Origin: Octopus vulgaris | Taxonomy: Eukaryota | Length of the DNA: 64,000 nucleotides | NCBI GenBank assembly: GCA_951406725.2 | Contig: OX597816.1 | Span: 28,582,001 to 28,646,000, forward strand | Direction of reading: 5' to 3' | Shown here: positions 41,044-54,881 of the stretch, one piece after another | How positions within the stretch are numbered: the stretch's first letter is position 1 | Layout: each line of letters begins with the position of its first letter | Position numbers and translations under genes: made by a program | Notes under the pieces: generated by a model | The model's input: the letters and a program-made list of their open reading frames with translations, nothing else | What the model was told of the DNA's origin: nothing | Databases searched by the model: none

Positions 41044-43097
41044 CAAAATAAACAACAAGAATATCCAGACGTAATGCTGTACGATCGTTTCAAGCCACTC
41101 CATTTAATTGAGAAATGCAATAATTGCATCAATTTAAATGCAGAGCAATCCTCAGCTGCATAAAGACAGAATTAAATTAAATTAAAGTAGATTGACACAT
41201 TAGTACAATTTTACCTAAGGCCTCCAAGAAGGTATTTTATTCATTTTATATATTTTTGTACCCCTATAAATTTATACTTAGCTTATATATAACAATATAT
41301 ATATACCGATATCTTCTCAACTTAAAATAAACTGATTAGATTTATAATTTAATTAATATATAGTTAACATGTTCTTTCCCCTCAGTGCTCCTTTATTAAA
41401 TATCAGTAAAACCCAATTGGTCAATCTCCATAGATAACATCTAATAAGTTAATATTTAAGTACATAATATGTATACATATTACCTATTTCTATGAAATTT
41501 CCTTTTCTCCCTCTATTGTGGTAAAATTTGGCATATACTCAAAAGTATTCAAAGAAAGTTTATCCTTTTGTTATAATATTATTCTTAATTATCTTCTTGT
41601 TAACCCTAAATTTTAACTTTATAAAATATGGCAATATTGTTTAAAATGGGTTTCGTAATTACTTTATTTTTCCCTTTCTTAAAGTTTCCACCCTCCTGAC
41701 CTTAGTATTTATAAGAGCTTTTATGTAAGTAGCCCTTCTAATTAAGTACCTCCAAGGAACTATAATATCATGTATGGAGTAATGCTAACTTCTAAAACCT
41801 ATGATATACCTCTTAGTTTATAATCAGTATACAATTAGCATGTCCTATAACATCGATATTCCTTTAGCTAATACCAGGTAACAGTCTTTATATGATACAA
41901 GCAAAATAAGTAAATAAACAATTTTTAGTTTAAAATACTTAAATTATTATACATTTTCTATAAATCCTCTCTATTGATCCTAATAAGGTATATATATATA
42001 CATAGATATACTTTATCCTGGTCTTTAGTGATTCAGCTATTATATTCCTTTTCTATGGTGTTTTGCCCTACCTGATCATTTTATTATTTTATTATTTTAT
42101 AATAGACTTTATTTACAAAATAAATCTGTTATGATTTAATTAATTTATAGTTAGCACGATGCTGTACCTCAGTACTCCTTTAATAAATACCAGTAAATAG
42201 CAATTGATCAATTCTCACAGATATCAGTTAATAAGTTAATATTTAAGTATATAATATCTATAAATATTTCTATGTAATTTCTTTTCCTCCCTCGTGGTAA
42301 AATTTGGTATATACTCAAAATTATTCAGAAAAACTTCTATCCTTTTGTTATAATATTCTTCTTAACAATCCTCTGAATGACCCTAAATTTTAACTTTATA
42401 CTATATTGCAATATCGTTTAAAATATATGATTATAATACGCAATGATAAAATTTCCCCTGTATCATTATCAATGGTCTACTAGTGGCTTGACCCTTTTAA
42501 TTGTCAGCTGACATCTTGATTTAAGATTTCTTTAACCGAATCTCATTATATTACTTCAAATTAATCTTAATGGTTTTATGACTATACCCACTATGATTTC
42601 TGTCGACTCCCTCAGTCCCCTTCCTAACAGACACAGCTCCTTATTCTTTGGCCTTAGATTTTGATATACAAAGATTTGATAAACAAGACTATAAATTAAA
42701 ACTGACCCCAAGAAATAGTGGCAAGCAAGCCATCTAACAGGCCTTTCTTCCTGATACCTTAGTAGCTTCTAAGCTGAAGTGAAGACAGCATATTCTTTGT
42801 CTATCGCCTTAACATTTTGCAGGTTTTAGGAAAAATTATACTAATGTGTCCATCTGTTTTAATTTACTTTAATTCTGTCTCCATGCAGGTGAGGACTGCT
42901 CTGCATTGAAGTTGATGTAATGATTGCATTTTTCAATTAAATGGAGTGGCTTGAAACGATCGTACTGCATTACCTCTCGTTATACTAGTTGCTTATTTTG
43001 ATTTTAATCACCTTATTTTGAAATTGTACGGATAATTCCGTACTAAATTCTGATGTCTCAACTTAAGTACCTAATTCTTCTGAATCTAAATTTTTGC
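41038..43097. mobile_element. ~2-kb element bounded by ~190-bp inverted repeats (41038-41227 / 42817-43006), each with an HHR motif; internal ~300-bp direct repeats 41347-41647 / 42134-42424
   Basis: gtacgatcgtttcaagccactccatttaattga vs tcaattaaatggagtggcttgaaacgatcgtac; the inner repeat shares taataagttaatatttaagta and accctaaattttaactttata. Confidence 0.85.
41074..41161 (-). ncRNA. Type-I hammerhead motif; mirror copy at 42883-42970 (+)
   Basis: atgcag CTGAGGA ttgctc..gagtgg ctt GAAA cgatc GTA cagcat; palindromic ACGATCGT stem III. The mirror has a perfect atgcag/ctgcat stem I but a GTGAGGA core. Confidence 0.65.
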
Positions 43098-43159
43098 TTA
43101 TATATATATATACATAGCTGGAAATGGATGCGTGGCGTTCAATTAAATTATGAACAGTA

Positions 43160-43221
<62 letters not shown>

Positions 43222-43229
43222 ACATACAG

Positions 43230-43291
<62 letters not shown>

Positions 43292-45441
43292 GGGTACTAG
43301 ACATCACCGACGGTTCAATTCAAACAACATGAAATATATAAACGAGAACAAATGGAAAACAGGACAAATAAACACAGAGAAAGGATCCCTGATCAGTTGT
43401 CGGCTGCCTATCTACTCCTCATTTCGAGCATTCAACCACAATATGAGTCTTCAAAGACAGTTGCTTCCATAAATCCTAAAATAAACTTCATGGTTTATGG
43501 AGGGTCAAATTTGGTAACAAAAACATGACATTGGAAGCATACAAGGAAACCAACACACTAAAACATTGAGGGTCGTTAGACCGGAAGTAGAAGAAAAGAA
43601 TGATGGTCACGTGAGGAAAAGAATAATGGATGATGGTCATGTGTGAGCAACAAGAAAGAGAGACATAGAAAGAAAGATAGAAAGTGATGAAGGCGGGTGG
43701 GGGAGAAAGGGGGATTAGAGAAGGATGGAGGAAGAAAACAATATAAAGATGACCCTTCTTTCTTGGCTTGACTACCGACCGGGAAACAAATCCATCTTCT
43801 ATTTTCCTGCCTCAAGGCTTTCAGTCTACACACAGCAGCTCTATTCAATTCGTCTTTATTAGTCGAAAGACACCTGCTGTTATCTTCTTGTTTGTATTTG
43901 TAATTGTGTAACATGGTTTCCATTTTTTGTCTCTGTTGCCGTAAGCATTCACTTGCTTTCTTACAAAATCTGATGCTCTCAGCTTAGAATTTTGGGGGCA
44001 ACCGGATTTGAACTGTCTCAAGTGTAACTGCCCGAAACTGTAAGGAGAACCCGGAAACTTGACTGATGAAAGAAGGCAACGAATGAACCTTACTTGTTTT
44101 GTTCCTGTAGTTCTATTTGTTGTTTTTCCTGTCCGCCTTTGTAACTTCGATCTGTTCGGATGTTTTATTACATATATTGCGTTTTTGATTCCATTTTAAA
44201 TATGTATATATAAATATAGCGGCGTACGTACACTTTTGATCACCTTATATATATATATGCATATGTATATATTTGTGTATTATGTGTTTTTTTTTAAATC
44301 AAGTGGTTTAGAGAAGCTGAGAAGGAGAGACATTATTCTGTCACTACATAAATATATGAAGAAGATGTCTACTGATTCATCGCTATCACAGTAACCTAAA
44401 TATGTGATTTATGTTGATAGGCTATATTTAAGGAATGCCACGTTTGTGGATTATAAGATGGAAAGAATATAGACACGTTGTAAATCTTGAGAGCAGAATA
44501 GTATTAGTTGTTGAAAATCGATGACAATGAGAGATTTCTCTTGCACATTGCAGGAGAGGATCACTTTGCTTTGTAATTTAACATTTCGTTATATTGAATA
44601 GAGAATATATAAATATAAAATAATCAATTTTATTTTGCTGACGCAAATCCTTGTGGCTATGATAATTGTATTGTTCTACAAACATTGTTATTTGGTATTA
44701 ACTGTCGTGTTACATCTGCTGAGATTTAATGGAGATAAATTACATAACAATCATGCAAAATGCTGTAACTTATATAGTAATATTGAAAATGGCAATATGA
44801 TGAGTATGCAGTTATTTACACAAAAACAGTATGAAATCATATTGAATTAATATTTTTGATTTGTATTTGTGAAGATATTGGAAAACTGAAGAAGGTCTTC
44901 GTATTTGATATCTAATATTTCACTATCTCTTTAAAATATGAATGTAAAAACATTCAACATTATTTCTAACTTGCACATAATACGATTTATAATTCAAATA
45001 TTTTGAAACGTGTAATCTTAAAAATAATTTCTGAAATATTACAAAAACATTCTTGTTTCAAATATTCAAATGCATTTTCTTCTCTAGGTTTTCGCAATTT
45101 TTTTCTAATCTGAGGATCACAACTGAAATTCTATCGCATTAAATTGTGAATGAGAAGTGAACATCAATTGCTTCTTAAAATATCTGATAAAAAGTAAAAC
45201 GTTTGGTGACTATATTATTTAGTATGCCATAGGCTTAACATCAATAATACAACATGTACTACAAATAAATAATATTTCTCCAATGCATATGAAATCTTTA
45301 AACATGTGAGGAATTTTCAAGTAGGAAATTTTAATTCCATTTAATGTTTGATAAATACCTAATTTTAATTTAATATCAAAATGTTTGCAAAAGTTTATCG
45401 ATTTGCGATATTACGTTTGCGCTGGTAAATGTTTGGAAACC

Positions 45442-45479
<38 letters not shown>

Positions 45480-47292
45480 CTGTATTGTCTTCATAATACA
45501 TATACTATAAAACATATTGCCATATATATTTACCTTGAATTTAATAAAAGACTTTGTAACAGAAAGCGCCTAACAATATTTAGATGTGAATATGCTGATG
45601 AACTAACATAAGAACTGTAGTATTGGCACAGAAAATATGCAGTTGATGGGGTGCTAATTGTAAATTCAAATAAAGGATAATACAAAAACCATGCATATTA
45701 TAAGTCTACTGGATATTTAGGTGATTATTGTAGGTAAGGGATGTCTCAAAATTCAAAACCCTGGTGAAACAGCGCTACATATATTCTGAACAAATATCCA
45801 GACTTTACTCTGAGTCGAACTTCATTTCTGCTTTTGAGAGTGCTGTAAAACAATTGTAACGTAAACAAGAGACATCAAAGTAAGTGTCCTTGTGTATACT
45901 GTTAACTCCCTAGAAATAGCAGGAAAAGTCCCTCATAATACACACTGTCACCTTCAAAATGTTAAAGGCCCATTTGACTATGTAGAGTTTGCTATAATCC
46001 GGAGAACAGCAACGCAAACTCCTCGGGCAATTGCAGATAACTATTTATAGAAAAGAGAAGCCCAGACGCAAACACTAACACAAATTTCTATGGTTGTCAG
46101 AAATGTAAAAGAAATCACGGTTATATCAGGTTGCAAGTAAAATAGTACTTAACAGAAGAAAATTTCACCTTATTCCTAGTTGATCTGCATAGGTCTGTAA
46201 TATATACAGTTGAACATTCTACTTAGGTGTTTAAGCATAATTTTGACTAGTTTATGCATTCATATTAATATTTCTTTTTTAGTAAGTCGGTCACTAAACT
46301 GGTTTTCCAGTTTTTGATTTTACATTATTTTATTATTTCTTTTTTTCTTTTTCTTCAAACGTAAAACAAGGATTTATATTGATTCCTGTCTCTCATATAT
46401 TATTTATTGCTCTCACTTAGGTTCCTTTACATTTATTGAATTTATGTGTCCCACTGGAACATAATTACTTCAACACAAGTCAATATATACGAGCATGTAT
46501 GTAACATTTTTTTTTTGTTTTATAAAGGCAACAAACAGTTTCACAGCGTTAATCAAATATACTAGCGAGAACAGAAATAATATTTTTCAATATTACATTA
46601 TGATTTTCGGTTTGAAGTAAACGATATACATGTAGTTTGAACAGATAATGATTAACTCGAGAAAAAATAGATAAAGAAGCATTAGCATGGCAAATAACAT
46701 TTCAGAGCAGAATTGAATATCACTATATTACCAGCACAAATTTAATTTAAATTGAAAGAAAAATTAAATATTTTAAATATTAGGATTAAATCCCCATAAT
46801 ATGAACATTCCATTCGTATTCAATGTGTTTTAACGATTTGAATGCATACAAACTCTGTGTGTAGATTATATATTTGGAAGCAAGGATGAGCATGAAAAAA
46901 TGTGACAACAAATAATGGGTACAATTACGAGTTCAAAATCGAAATTCCTGAACTGAAAGATTAGCACCAGCTATAAATGTAAGTCGTATTTCTAAAAATA
47001 TTTTTTAATGTATCTGCCAATGATTGGGTAAACATAAATTTTAAGAATTGGTGATCTGCCGTACGTGATAGGGTTTCGGTGGTTATCGTGATCCTCTCAT
47101 TGCTGTGTTTTGTATTTTACCCAAGCAGCAAGTTTCGGTGATTGACAACAACACTATGATATTTCGTGGGCTTTCTTGTAATCGCATGCACGGCAATTAT
47201 TGATATTGCTGGTGATCCCAGCTCTAAAAGTACGTCATAGGATAATGTCTTACCCAGTTAATCCGTTTCACTGGCTATTGAATCAATGATTT

Positions 47293-47536
47293 CGCACTCC
47301 GTTGCCTACAACAACGACTGTTTCTGTTGATTCGATTAACGCAGTTCTCAGGGAGATTCAGCGTGACACAGAATGTGAAAATACTGGGATTCTGAAATAC
47401 AGACACAACTTATTTTTGCCAGCTGAAGGGACTGGTGGAATAGAATGTCTTGCTCTTGGACCCAATGCACCGTCGGGAACTCATGACCTCACGATAGTGA
47501 GCCGGATACCGTTAACACATAACCAAGTGCCTTCAC
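47293..47536 (-). mobile_element. Degraded SINE, head A + tail X
   Basis: atttttgccagctga..gactgg..cttgctc (as 7181-7429) joined to gttctc.ggga.attcagcgtgacacaga (as 56821-57205). Confidence 0.7.
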
Positions 47537-47560
47537 TACTGGTTTTGCACACAGATTTTC

Positions 47561-47723
47561 AGGCGCAGGAGTGGTTGTGTGGTAAGTAGCTTGCTTACCA
47601 ACCACATGGTTCCGGGTTCGGTCTCACTGCGTGGCAAGTTGGGTAAGAGACTTCTACTGTAGCCTCGGGCCAACAAAAGCCTTGTGAGTGGATTTGGTAG
47701 ACGGAAACTGAAAGAAGCCCGTC

Positions 47724-47803
<80 letters not shown>

Positions 47804-48021
47804 ATGTGTGTGTCTGTGTCTGTGTTTGTCCTCCAACATCGCTTGACAACCGATACTGGTGTGTTTACGTCCCCGTCACTTAGTGGTTCGGCGGGAGAGA
47901 CCGATATAATAAGTATTAGGCTTACAAAGAATACGTCCTGGGGTCAATTTGCGCGACTAAAGGCGGTGCTCCAGCATGGCCACAATCAAATGACTGAAAC
48001 AAATAAAAGAATAAAAGAATA
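47561..48021 (+). mobile_element. tRNA-derived SINE S1 (full length)
   Basis: aggcgcaggagtggttgtgtggtaag..ccgggttcggtctc; internal (TA)(TG); (taaaagaa)n tail. Confidence 0.92.
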
Positions 48022-48024
48022 CGC

Positions 48025-48400
48025 TTCAATAAAGTTTTGGAGAATGGGAAGCACATTGGAATTCTATGGTATTGAAATGTGCGGAATATATGGAAAAATG
48101 AATTGTACTGAAGCTCTTTGTAGAAGTCGAAGGCTAGAGATGCCTTCAGGCGAGCCTTTTGTTGTCAATCGCTTGTACATGATATGAGTTGGTTGGGTTC
48201 CAATTTCTATTATGTTTAAACATTTAGGGGCATTGTGAAAATCAGTACGCTATGTTGTATTATGTTTAGGAGAGTGTATATTCCTTTATAATTTGAGAGT
48301 CAACAAAGAGATGTATATTCTTTCATATTTTGAGTGTCAAAATGTTTGTGGAATTCCAAATGGCTTACAACTCTCTGCACAATTTAGAGCAGAGCAATGG
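48025..48400 (-). mobile_element. Highly degraded PLE thumb/linker fragment
   Basis: DSQIIK..RTDFHN and FPYIPHISIP*NSNVLPILQNF resemble PLE FLDV.IIK..KPTDSH and PYISTHNP.N. Confidence 0.35.
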
Positions 48401-48793
48401 ATAAATTGATGAACCGATTGACCTAGACAATGATCGATAGCTCATAATGTACGGGGAAACGATGTTAGACACATGTAAATCTACACATTTCTGTGCGTTC
48501 AAATATGTATATCCTATGATCGTGATCTGTGTACGACTGTAATGTTACTTGTCGTTATCGACCTCATAAAACAATGGAATAATTTACAATTGTATATATG
48601 AAAATATACGAGCGTACGATGGTCTTACGGAGACGAAGTGGTGTGCGATCGCGATTTCGCGGGAGTAACTTGGGATGCTTGGTCACCCTAACACATGTTG
48701 GGTGAGTATTTGCGTCTAAATATTTTCTGTAAGCGCACCTATAAGCATCTGCGAGCTTGTGTGTGTGTTTATGTTTCAATATTAATATTTAAA

Positions 48794-48939
48794 TTATTTA
48801 CATTATTTACATTCGACAGATAGTGTCCTCATCTTGTTTGTTGTTAACACAACGTTTCGGCTGATATAAATTCCAGCCTTATTCAGGTATCTTAGGGAAA
48901 TGTTTCGATGTTTTGTTGTTATTATCATCATCATCATCA

Positions 48940-48982
<43 letters not shown>

Positions 48983-49019
48983 CCGAGTTCGATTCCAAGC
49001 AGTGACCTGAACAAAACAA

Positions 49020-49093
<74 letters not shown>

Positions 49094-49281
49094 CAACAAC
49101 AACGAAAAATACCTTAGGAATGAGAACCCAGCTTCGAAATATCGCTAAGGCACCTGAAGAAGCCGGGAGAGTATATCAGCCGAAAAGTTGTGTTTACAAT
49201 AAACAAGATGAGGACAAAATCCGTCGAATGTAAATAATGTAAATAATATAAATAATTCCACATCTCTTGAATATAGAACTG
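48794..49281. mobile_element. Second copy of the tRNA-head/(AAT)n/HHR fold-back element
   Basis: Same ends as 4795-5382 (ttatttacattatttacattcgac..aatatagaactg); ccgagttcgattccaagcagtgacctgaac at ~48983; HHR motifs 48846-48891 (-, CTGAATA) and 49149-49194 (+, CTGAAGA..GAAAa). Confidence 0.85.
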
Positions 49282-49767
49282 CAATATAAGAATTTGTCCG
49301 GTCGTATGTATTTGAATGCTCATGAACTGACTTACAATACGTTTGGGGACAGGTTAAGAAAGGCAACATACTGTAAATGATTATGCGCCAGGAGTTCAAC
49401 TTCACAATAACGAGAGCTATTGGGTAATTAAGGGGCGTACGCCTGAGTGGTAATAAGGGTTTGAATACAACTCTCAATTCAGAGACACAGTGGTTTCATG
49501 ATGAGCTCGCTAATAGATTCCAGTAAACCATGTACGAAGTTTCCATGTCTACCATAACTTCTGACTAAATTAATATATTTTCATAGCCCTGATGTGGCTA
49601 CAGTTTCTACTTTCCTGTTACACTTAGAAATGTTGGTTCTCATACATGTTTAATTAGCCTTATTGAATTAAGAAAAGTAATTATTTTACAAATAGTGACG
49701 CCTTCCCAGCTTATAGTCGTCGACAATACGGGTTCTGTGTGCGCACGCGTGTGTTTGTTTATGTGTT

Positions 49768-49825
<58 letters not shown>

Positions 49826-50136
49826 CATACATGAAAGCGTGTTTATATATTCATGTATATGTATGTGTGTGTGCATATATGTGTGTGTGTGTGTGTGTGT
49901 GTCTGTATATATTTACATATACCTACAGCCGTCACTGAATTATTTATTCGCAAAAATTTCTATTTTACTCTGCCAACCAGTATACAATGCTGTACACTCC
50001 TTTGGCCGATTATTCTCTAACAACACCTATAAATACTATAAGATGAATAGCAAGCACCTAAGGATGAAAAGCAGCATGTGAAAAGTTGTCTCCCCTATCA
50101 TTGAGAAAAATATTTTGTTTAATCAGAGTGTGAAAT

Positions 50137-50793
50137 ATATTTTTCGAATTTGGAACAAAGTAAGTAGGTTCGGGTGAGTTTATTAGTCCATTACATCGGC
50201 ATCAGTGTTTAATTTGTACTTATTCTATCAACTCTGCGATGAAAGACTAAGTCGAATATTAGCAGAATTTGCACTCAGGATGTGAAGACGGACGAAATGT
50301 CGCTAAGCATTTCGTTCGGCGTGGTAACGATTCTGCAAGATCGCCGACCTATCCATTGATTAGATATTGATTTCAAATTACACCACTAAGTAAACAAATT
50401 CGGAGGAGGAGGAAATTTGATTACATCGGCCCCAGTACTCAACTGGTACTTATTTTTCGACCCCGACATGATGAAAGGCAAAGTCGAACTCGATGGAATT
50501 TGCACTCAGAACGACGGACGAAATATCGCTAGTCATTCTAATCGGTGTATTAACAACTGTGTTAGTTCGCCACCTTTCTATACGTAAATGCTGATTTCAA
50601 ATTTTGATACAAGATCAACAATCTTGGGGAAATTACATCGATCCCTTTTCTCAACAGGTATTTATTTTATCGTTTTCGGAAGAGTGAAAGGCAAAGCCGA
50701 CTTGGGCGGAATTTGAACACGGAACGAAATGACGAACCAAATTCTGCGAGATATTATACCCGACGAGCTAAATATTTTGCCAGCTCACCGCTT
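50137..50793 (-). mobile_element. Three tandem degraded S2 SINEs (~225-bp period)
   Basis: Repeated ttacatcg..aaag.c.aag.cga..gaatttg.ac.c.ga..gacg.ac.aaat..c.c(a/g)cc. Confidence 0.75.
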
Positions 50794-51137
50794 TTCTATG
50801 CATAAATATCAACTTAGCATTTGGAGTAGTATATGCAATGCATATTTCAACTGAAAGTAAGCAATCAGGGAATATGATAGGAGAAACTATAGAGTTCGTT
50901 TAAAGGCAATAACGTCTCAACATACATGGTTCATAATACACACAGCCTTATAATCCCTCGTTGCAACTAATTTACTGAGCGTCTTCCCAAAACTGTTCCT
51001 CTCTCTCCCATTCTTTCTATGTCTTCGTTTGCAAGAGGTATTTATATATGCTAATATCTAAAAAAAATGTATAGAATGGGCACGCAATTTCATGTGGATA
51101 TATATATACATATACATACATACATATATATATTTAT

Positions 51138-51413
51138 ATCACGTGATCAGATGACCGACCAGGCTATCAGATGTTGCTACACATCGCTGGTCACAATGTG
51201 CTTCGTATTGTTTTTGCCTTCAAATAACCCCACCCTGCTGGCTAAGCGAGCAGGCCAACAGAAGAAAGAGTATAGCAGGGATCCCCACCATCCCCTGCCG
51301 GAAACTAGTGGAGCTTTAGGTGTTTTTGCTCAATAAACACTCACAACGCCCGGTCTGGGAATCGAAAGCGCGATCCTACGACCGCGAGTCCTCTGCCCTA
51401 ACCACTGGGCCAT
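51138..51413 (-). mobile_element. tRNA-derived SINE, head B + tail Y
   Basis: Minus atggcccagtggttagggcag..ttcgattcccagaccgggcgttgtgagtgtttattgagc; the tail differs from 56821-57205. Confidence 0.88.
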
Positions 51414-51459
51414 ATATATATATATGAATGTGATCCCCTATCAATGTTTAAATATGCAA

Positions 51460-51496
<37 letters not shown>

Positions 51497-51893
51497 AGCA
51501 CGGGCGCGCACACTGCTCCATATCTGGAGTGATATAGAGAAATAGAGGGAGAGAGAAATTCATTATGTTACTTCTGAATGCTTTTTAACTCAATATACGT
51601 CATTGATTGGTTGAAATTGTAGAAATTGAAGAAAAAACAACAACAAATATCTTACAAACTATAGAATTGTCTCAATAAATCCAAGAGAAAAGATGTTTTA
51701 TAAACACATTCTACCAGTATACGAAGTTTAAAATTTTTTAGTTACCTAGAAATTATGTTAAAACTGCCGTTCAAACCGAAACGATCCCTTTCCTTAGCTG
51801 TTGTGACAATGTGGTTAGAGGTTCGGTTTCCAACCACATGGGCAAGTGTCTTCTATTATAGCCTAGGACGGAACACCCGCATATATATATTTA

Positions 51894-52526
51894 TTGTGTC
51901 AGGAGAGAGTCATTGTGTTTTAGAGCCTCATAATTTAACACACACACCGTTAAAATTTCCACACATTTACTTATTCATTTTTCTAAAATTTTCGTTGCGT
52001 CTTGCAGCATTTTCAATACTGCTCTGCTCTGTCCGTTATTGAAGCTGCGCTGCTTTTGTTTGTTTGCGCGCTTGTGTGTGGGTCAGAGTTTGTGCACTTA
52101 CACATCTATGCATGTATATATATGTATGCATGCATGTGTGGGTATGCATGTATGCGTGTGTGCGTATGTCTATATGCATGTGTATGTATGTATTCTGCAT
52201 ATTCATGTGTTTCGTGTTTATGTTTTTATGTGGGTGCGTGAGTGTTTGCATGTGTGTTTGTGTGTGTATGGGTTTTTGTGACTATGTCCTGTGTCTGCAT
52301 GTATGGATATGTATCTCCATATGTGTGGACGTGTGTCCCTATATATGTTCTTGAGTGAAGTGAAGTGTGTGTCTATATGGTCATGTGTTTCAGTCTTCAT
52401 TTGCGTATGTGTGTGTATGTTTGCTTGTCTGTTCATATTACCTATGTACCTATCCGTCTGTATGCCTATCTGTTTACAGTCATATCCATTTGTTTACATA
52501 CATGTGCATATACATACACACCCACA

Positions 52527-52597
<71 letters not shown>

Positions 52598-52902
52598 TAC
52601 CTATTCTACCTCTATACATTCTACCTGCACTTACATACATATATACATATGTGTATGTGCACACTTACTGACACACACACATGCGCACAAACAAACAAAA
52701 AGTACGCAATAACAATTGAAAAATTTGCAAAACGCAACGAAAATTAAATATATATATATATATATAAATGCGTGTAAATTTTACCGGTGAGCGTGTTAAA
52801 CTATAAGGTACCAAAAGAGAATGAATCTCCCCGGAAACAACACGATATGCTTCAACACACAAATTCACATAAAGAATCTTGCAAACTAAATCCACAAGCG
52901 AA

Positions 52903-52903
<1 letters not shown>
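51894..52903. repeat. Inverted arms 51894-52017 / 52715-52840 around a TG-rich low-complexity spacer
   Basis: ttttcgttgcgtcttgca..tttcaat vs attgaaa..tgcaaaacgcaacgaaaat; third copy at 13640. Confidence 0.7.
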
Positions 52904-52945
<42 letters not shown>

Positions 52946-52948
52946 CAC

Positions 52949-52989
<41 letters not shown>

Positions 52990-52996
52990 GACACAA

Positions 52997-53038
<42 letters not shown>

Positions 53039-53104
53039 GCACACACATGCACACACGGACGCAGGCCCCGCACACACACACACACACACTCATATATATA
53101 TATA

Positions 53105-54245
53105 CATGATAGCCGTCCACTCGTGACCGAGGAAGACCATTGCTGATCTTCAGGAAGATTTTGCCCTCTAGGACTAACTCATTTGCGTCTCCGTTGGTAG
53201 GTAATGAGCCCTGCTCTTAAAGAGCATACACGACTGCAAACATTGCAAACCAAACTTTCCCAATTCACTACACCAGCAGTGCACTTTCGAGCAGCTCGCT
53301 TAAGATCTTCATGCAGAATACATGCTCTCTCAAAAATGTCGACCCCATCACTTGACCTGCTTCCTCCATCTCTGGCTAAGTTAGGCATTGCTGTCCCATT
53401 CTGTCTCCTGCATATCACAGGCCTGTAATGAGGACATGACAGAGTCCTTAAACCATAGCCTTGGTTTCTGCCGGGGTTTCTTTTCATTCATAAGTTTCCC
53501 ACATAGACTCTACTTTAGGATCCTGCTATCGTTCATTCCAGTAACGTATCCAGTCCAACGTAACCGCTGCTTTTGTACCATCGCCTCAATATTCAAGATA
53601 TCAGCTGTCCTCAGTACCTGTTTGTCAGGAGTTTTTAAGGTACAGCCAACATTCAGAATGTGTCTGAGACATCTCTGATGAAAGCGTTCAAGAACCCTTA
53701 GACGACGTTTTTAAAGGGTCCATGCCTCACATAAGTAAAGGAGTGATGTCAGTATACATACACGGTACACAGCTTTGTCTGCTTTCTGATGCCATGCTAG
53801 GACCAGACACGATACTGAAGAGACCGGGAGGAATCAGTTGCTTTCTGAACCCAGAAAGATATTTAATCATCCAGGGAGCAAGAACGGCCAAATGTGCTGC
53901 CCAGGTAGACGAACTTATCTACCACTTTTAGAAACGTTCCTTCAACCATGATAGCTGGTTCCACATATGGATTTCCTAGTGCAGCTGGAACATTACAACA
54001 GTCTTGCCCAGGCTAATGCTGATTCCAGATGCTTTGCAAGAAGCATAAATGTGATTCATAAGTATTTGCATGTCATCCACTCTATGAGTGACTAAGTCAT
54101 AGTCATCTGCATAAAGGAAGTCACGAATAAGAGACTGGGAAACTTTTCAATTGGCAGCAAATCAGCGCAGAATAATGAGGCGGCCAGAAGATCGATACTT
54201 GACATATATTCCCAGAGAACTAACCTTAGCAAAAGCTAACCAAAC
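53105..54245 (-). mobile_element. RTE-clade LINE, 5'-truncated (RT C-terminal half to 3' end)
   Basis: GIYVKYRSSGRL; RDFLYADDYDL..ISLGKTVVMFQ; ERFHQRCLRHIL; RLRWTGYV; C-terminal CNVCSRVC zinc finger. Confidence 0.9.
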
Positions 54246-54881
54246 AAAAGCTTCAGACTCGCTTGTCCAGCATTGAAAATACTGCAGCGTAGGAAGATTT
54301 TCTAGACCATGTTCTTCAACGTGCTACTGAAACACTGGGATATATTACTGCCAGACACAGAGACTGGTTTGATGTAAATGATGCTGAAGTTCAGCGACGA
54401 TTGGTTGGAAAAATCATGAAAAAGTTAGTGTTTGTATTTAGTTTTATACACGGATTGTGTTAATTTATTACATATCCGATATTTTCATTCTTAGCATAAA
54501 TCTTACTATTTGTATAAAATTTTTGTCGGATCTACTTCGCTCAAACCTGTATATATATTTATAAATAAAATGTGTGTACAGGCGCATGTGTATATATGTG
54601 TGTATGTGTATGTGTTTGTGTGTGTTCGTGTGTGTGCGTGTGCACATGTGGGCGTGTGTATCCCTTTAGTACATCATGAAGTATGAAGAATCATTAATTG
54701 GAACTACATGTACAAAAAAGGTATCACTATAGTCACCATTTACGCTTGAGAAAATTTCCCTAAGTTGCATGAGATTCATAATTGAACTTTGAAGAAACAG
54801 ATAACATAGAACAGCTCAGGACTTTCAGTAGATTTTAAAAAAAGTGTGTTTACTATCAAACGGTTATAATTTAATAAGAGA

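Noticed and set aside
44025-44080. GAAA upstream of CTGATGA (type-II HHR order), also at 14835-14872 on the minus strand
   Set aside because: Stems I-III do not pair convincingly in either copy.
44330-44570. YVDRLYL..LESRIV, Dong-like trace
   Set aside because: Only two short motifs; not enough support.
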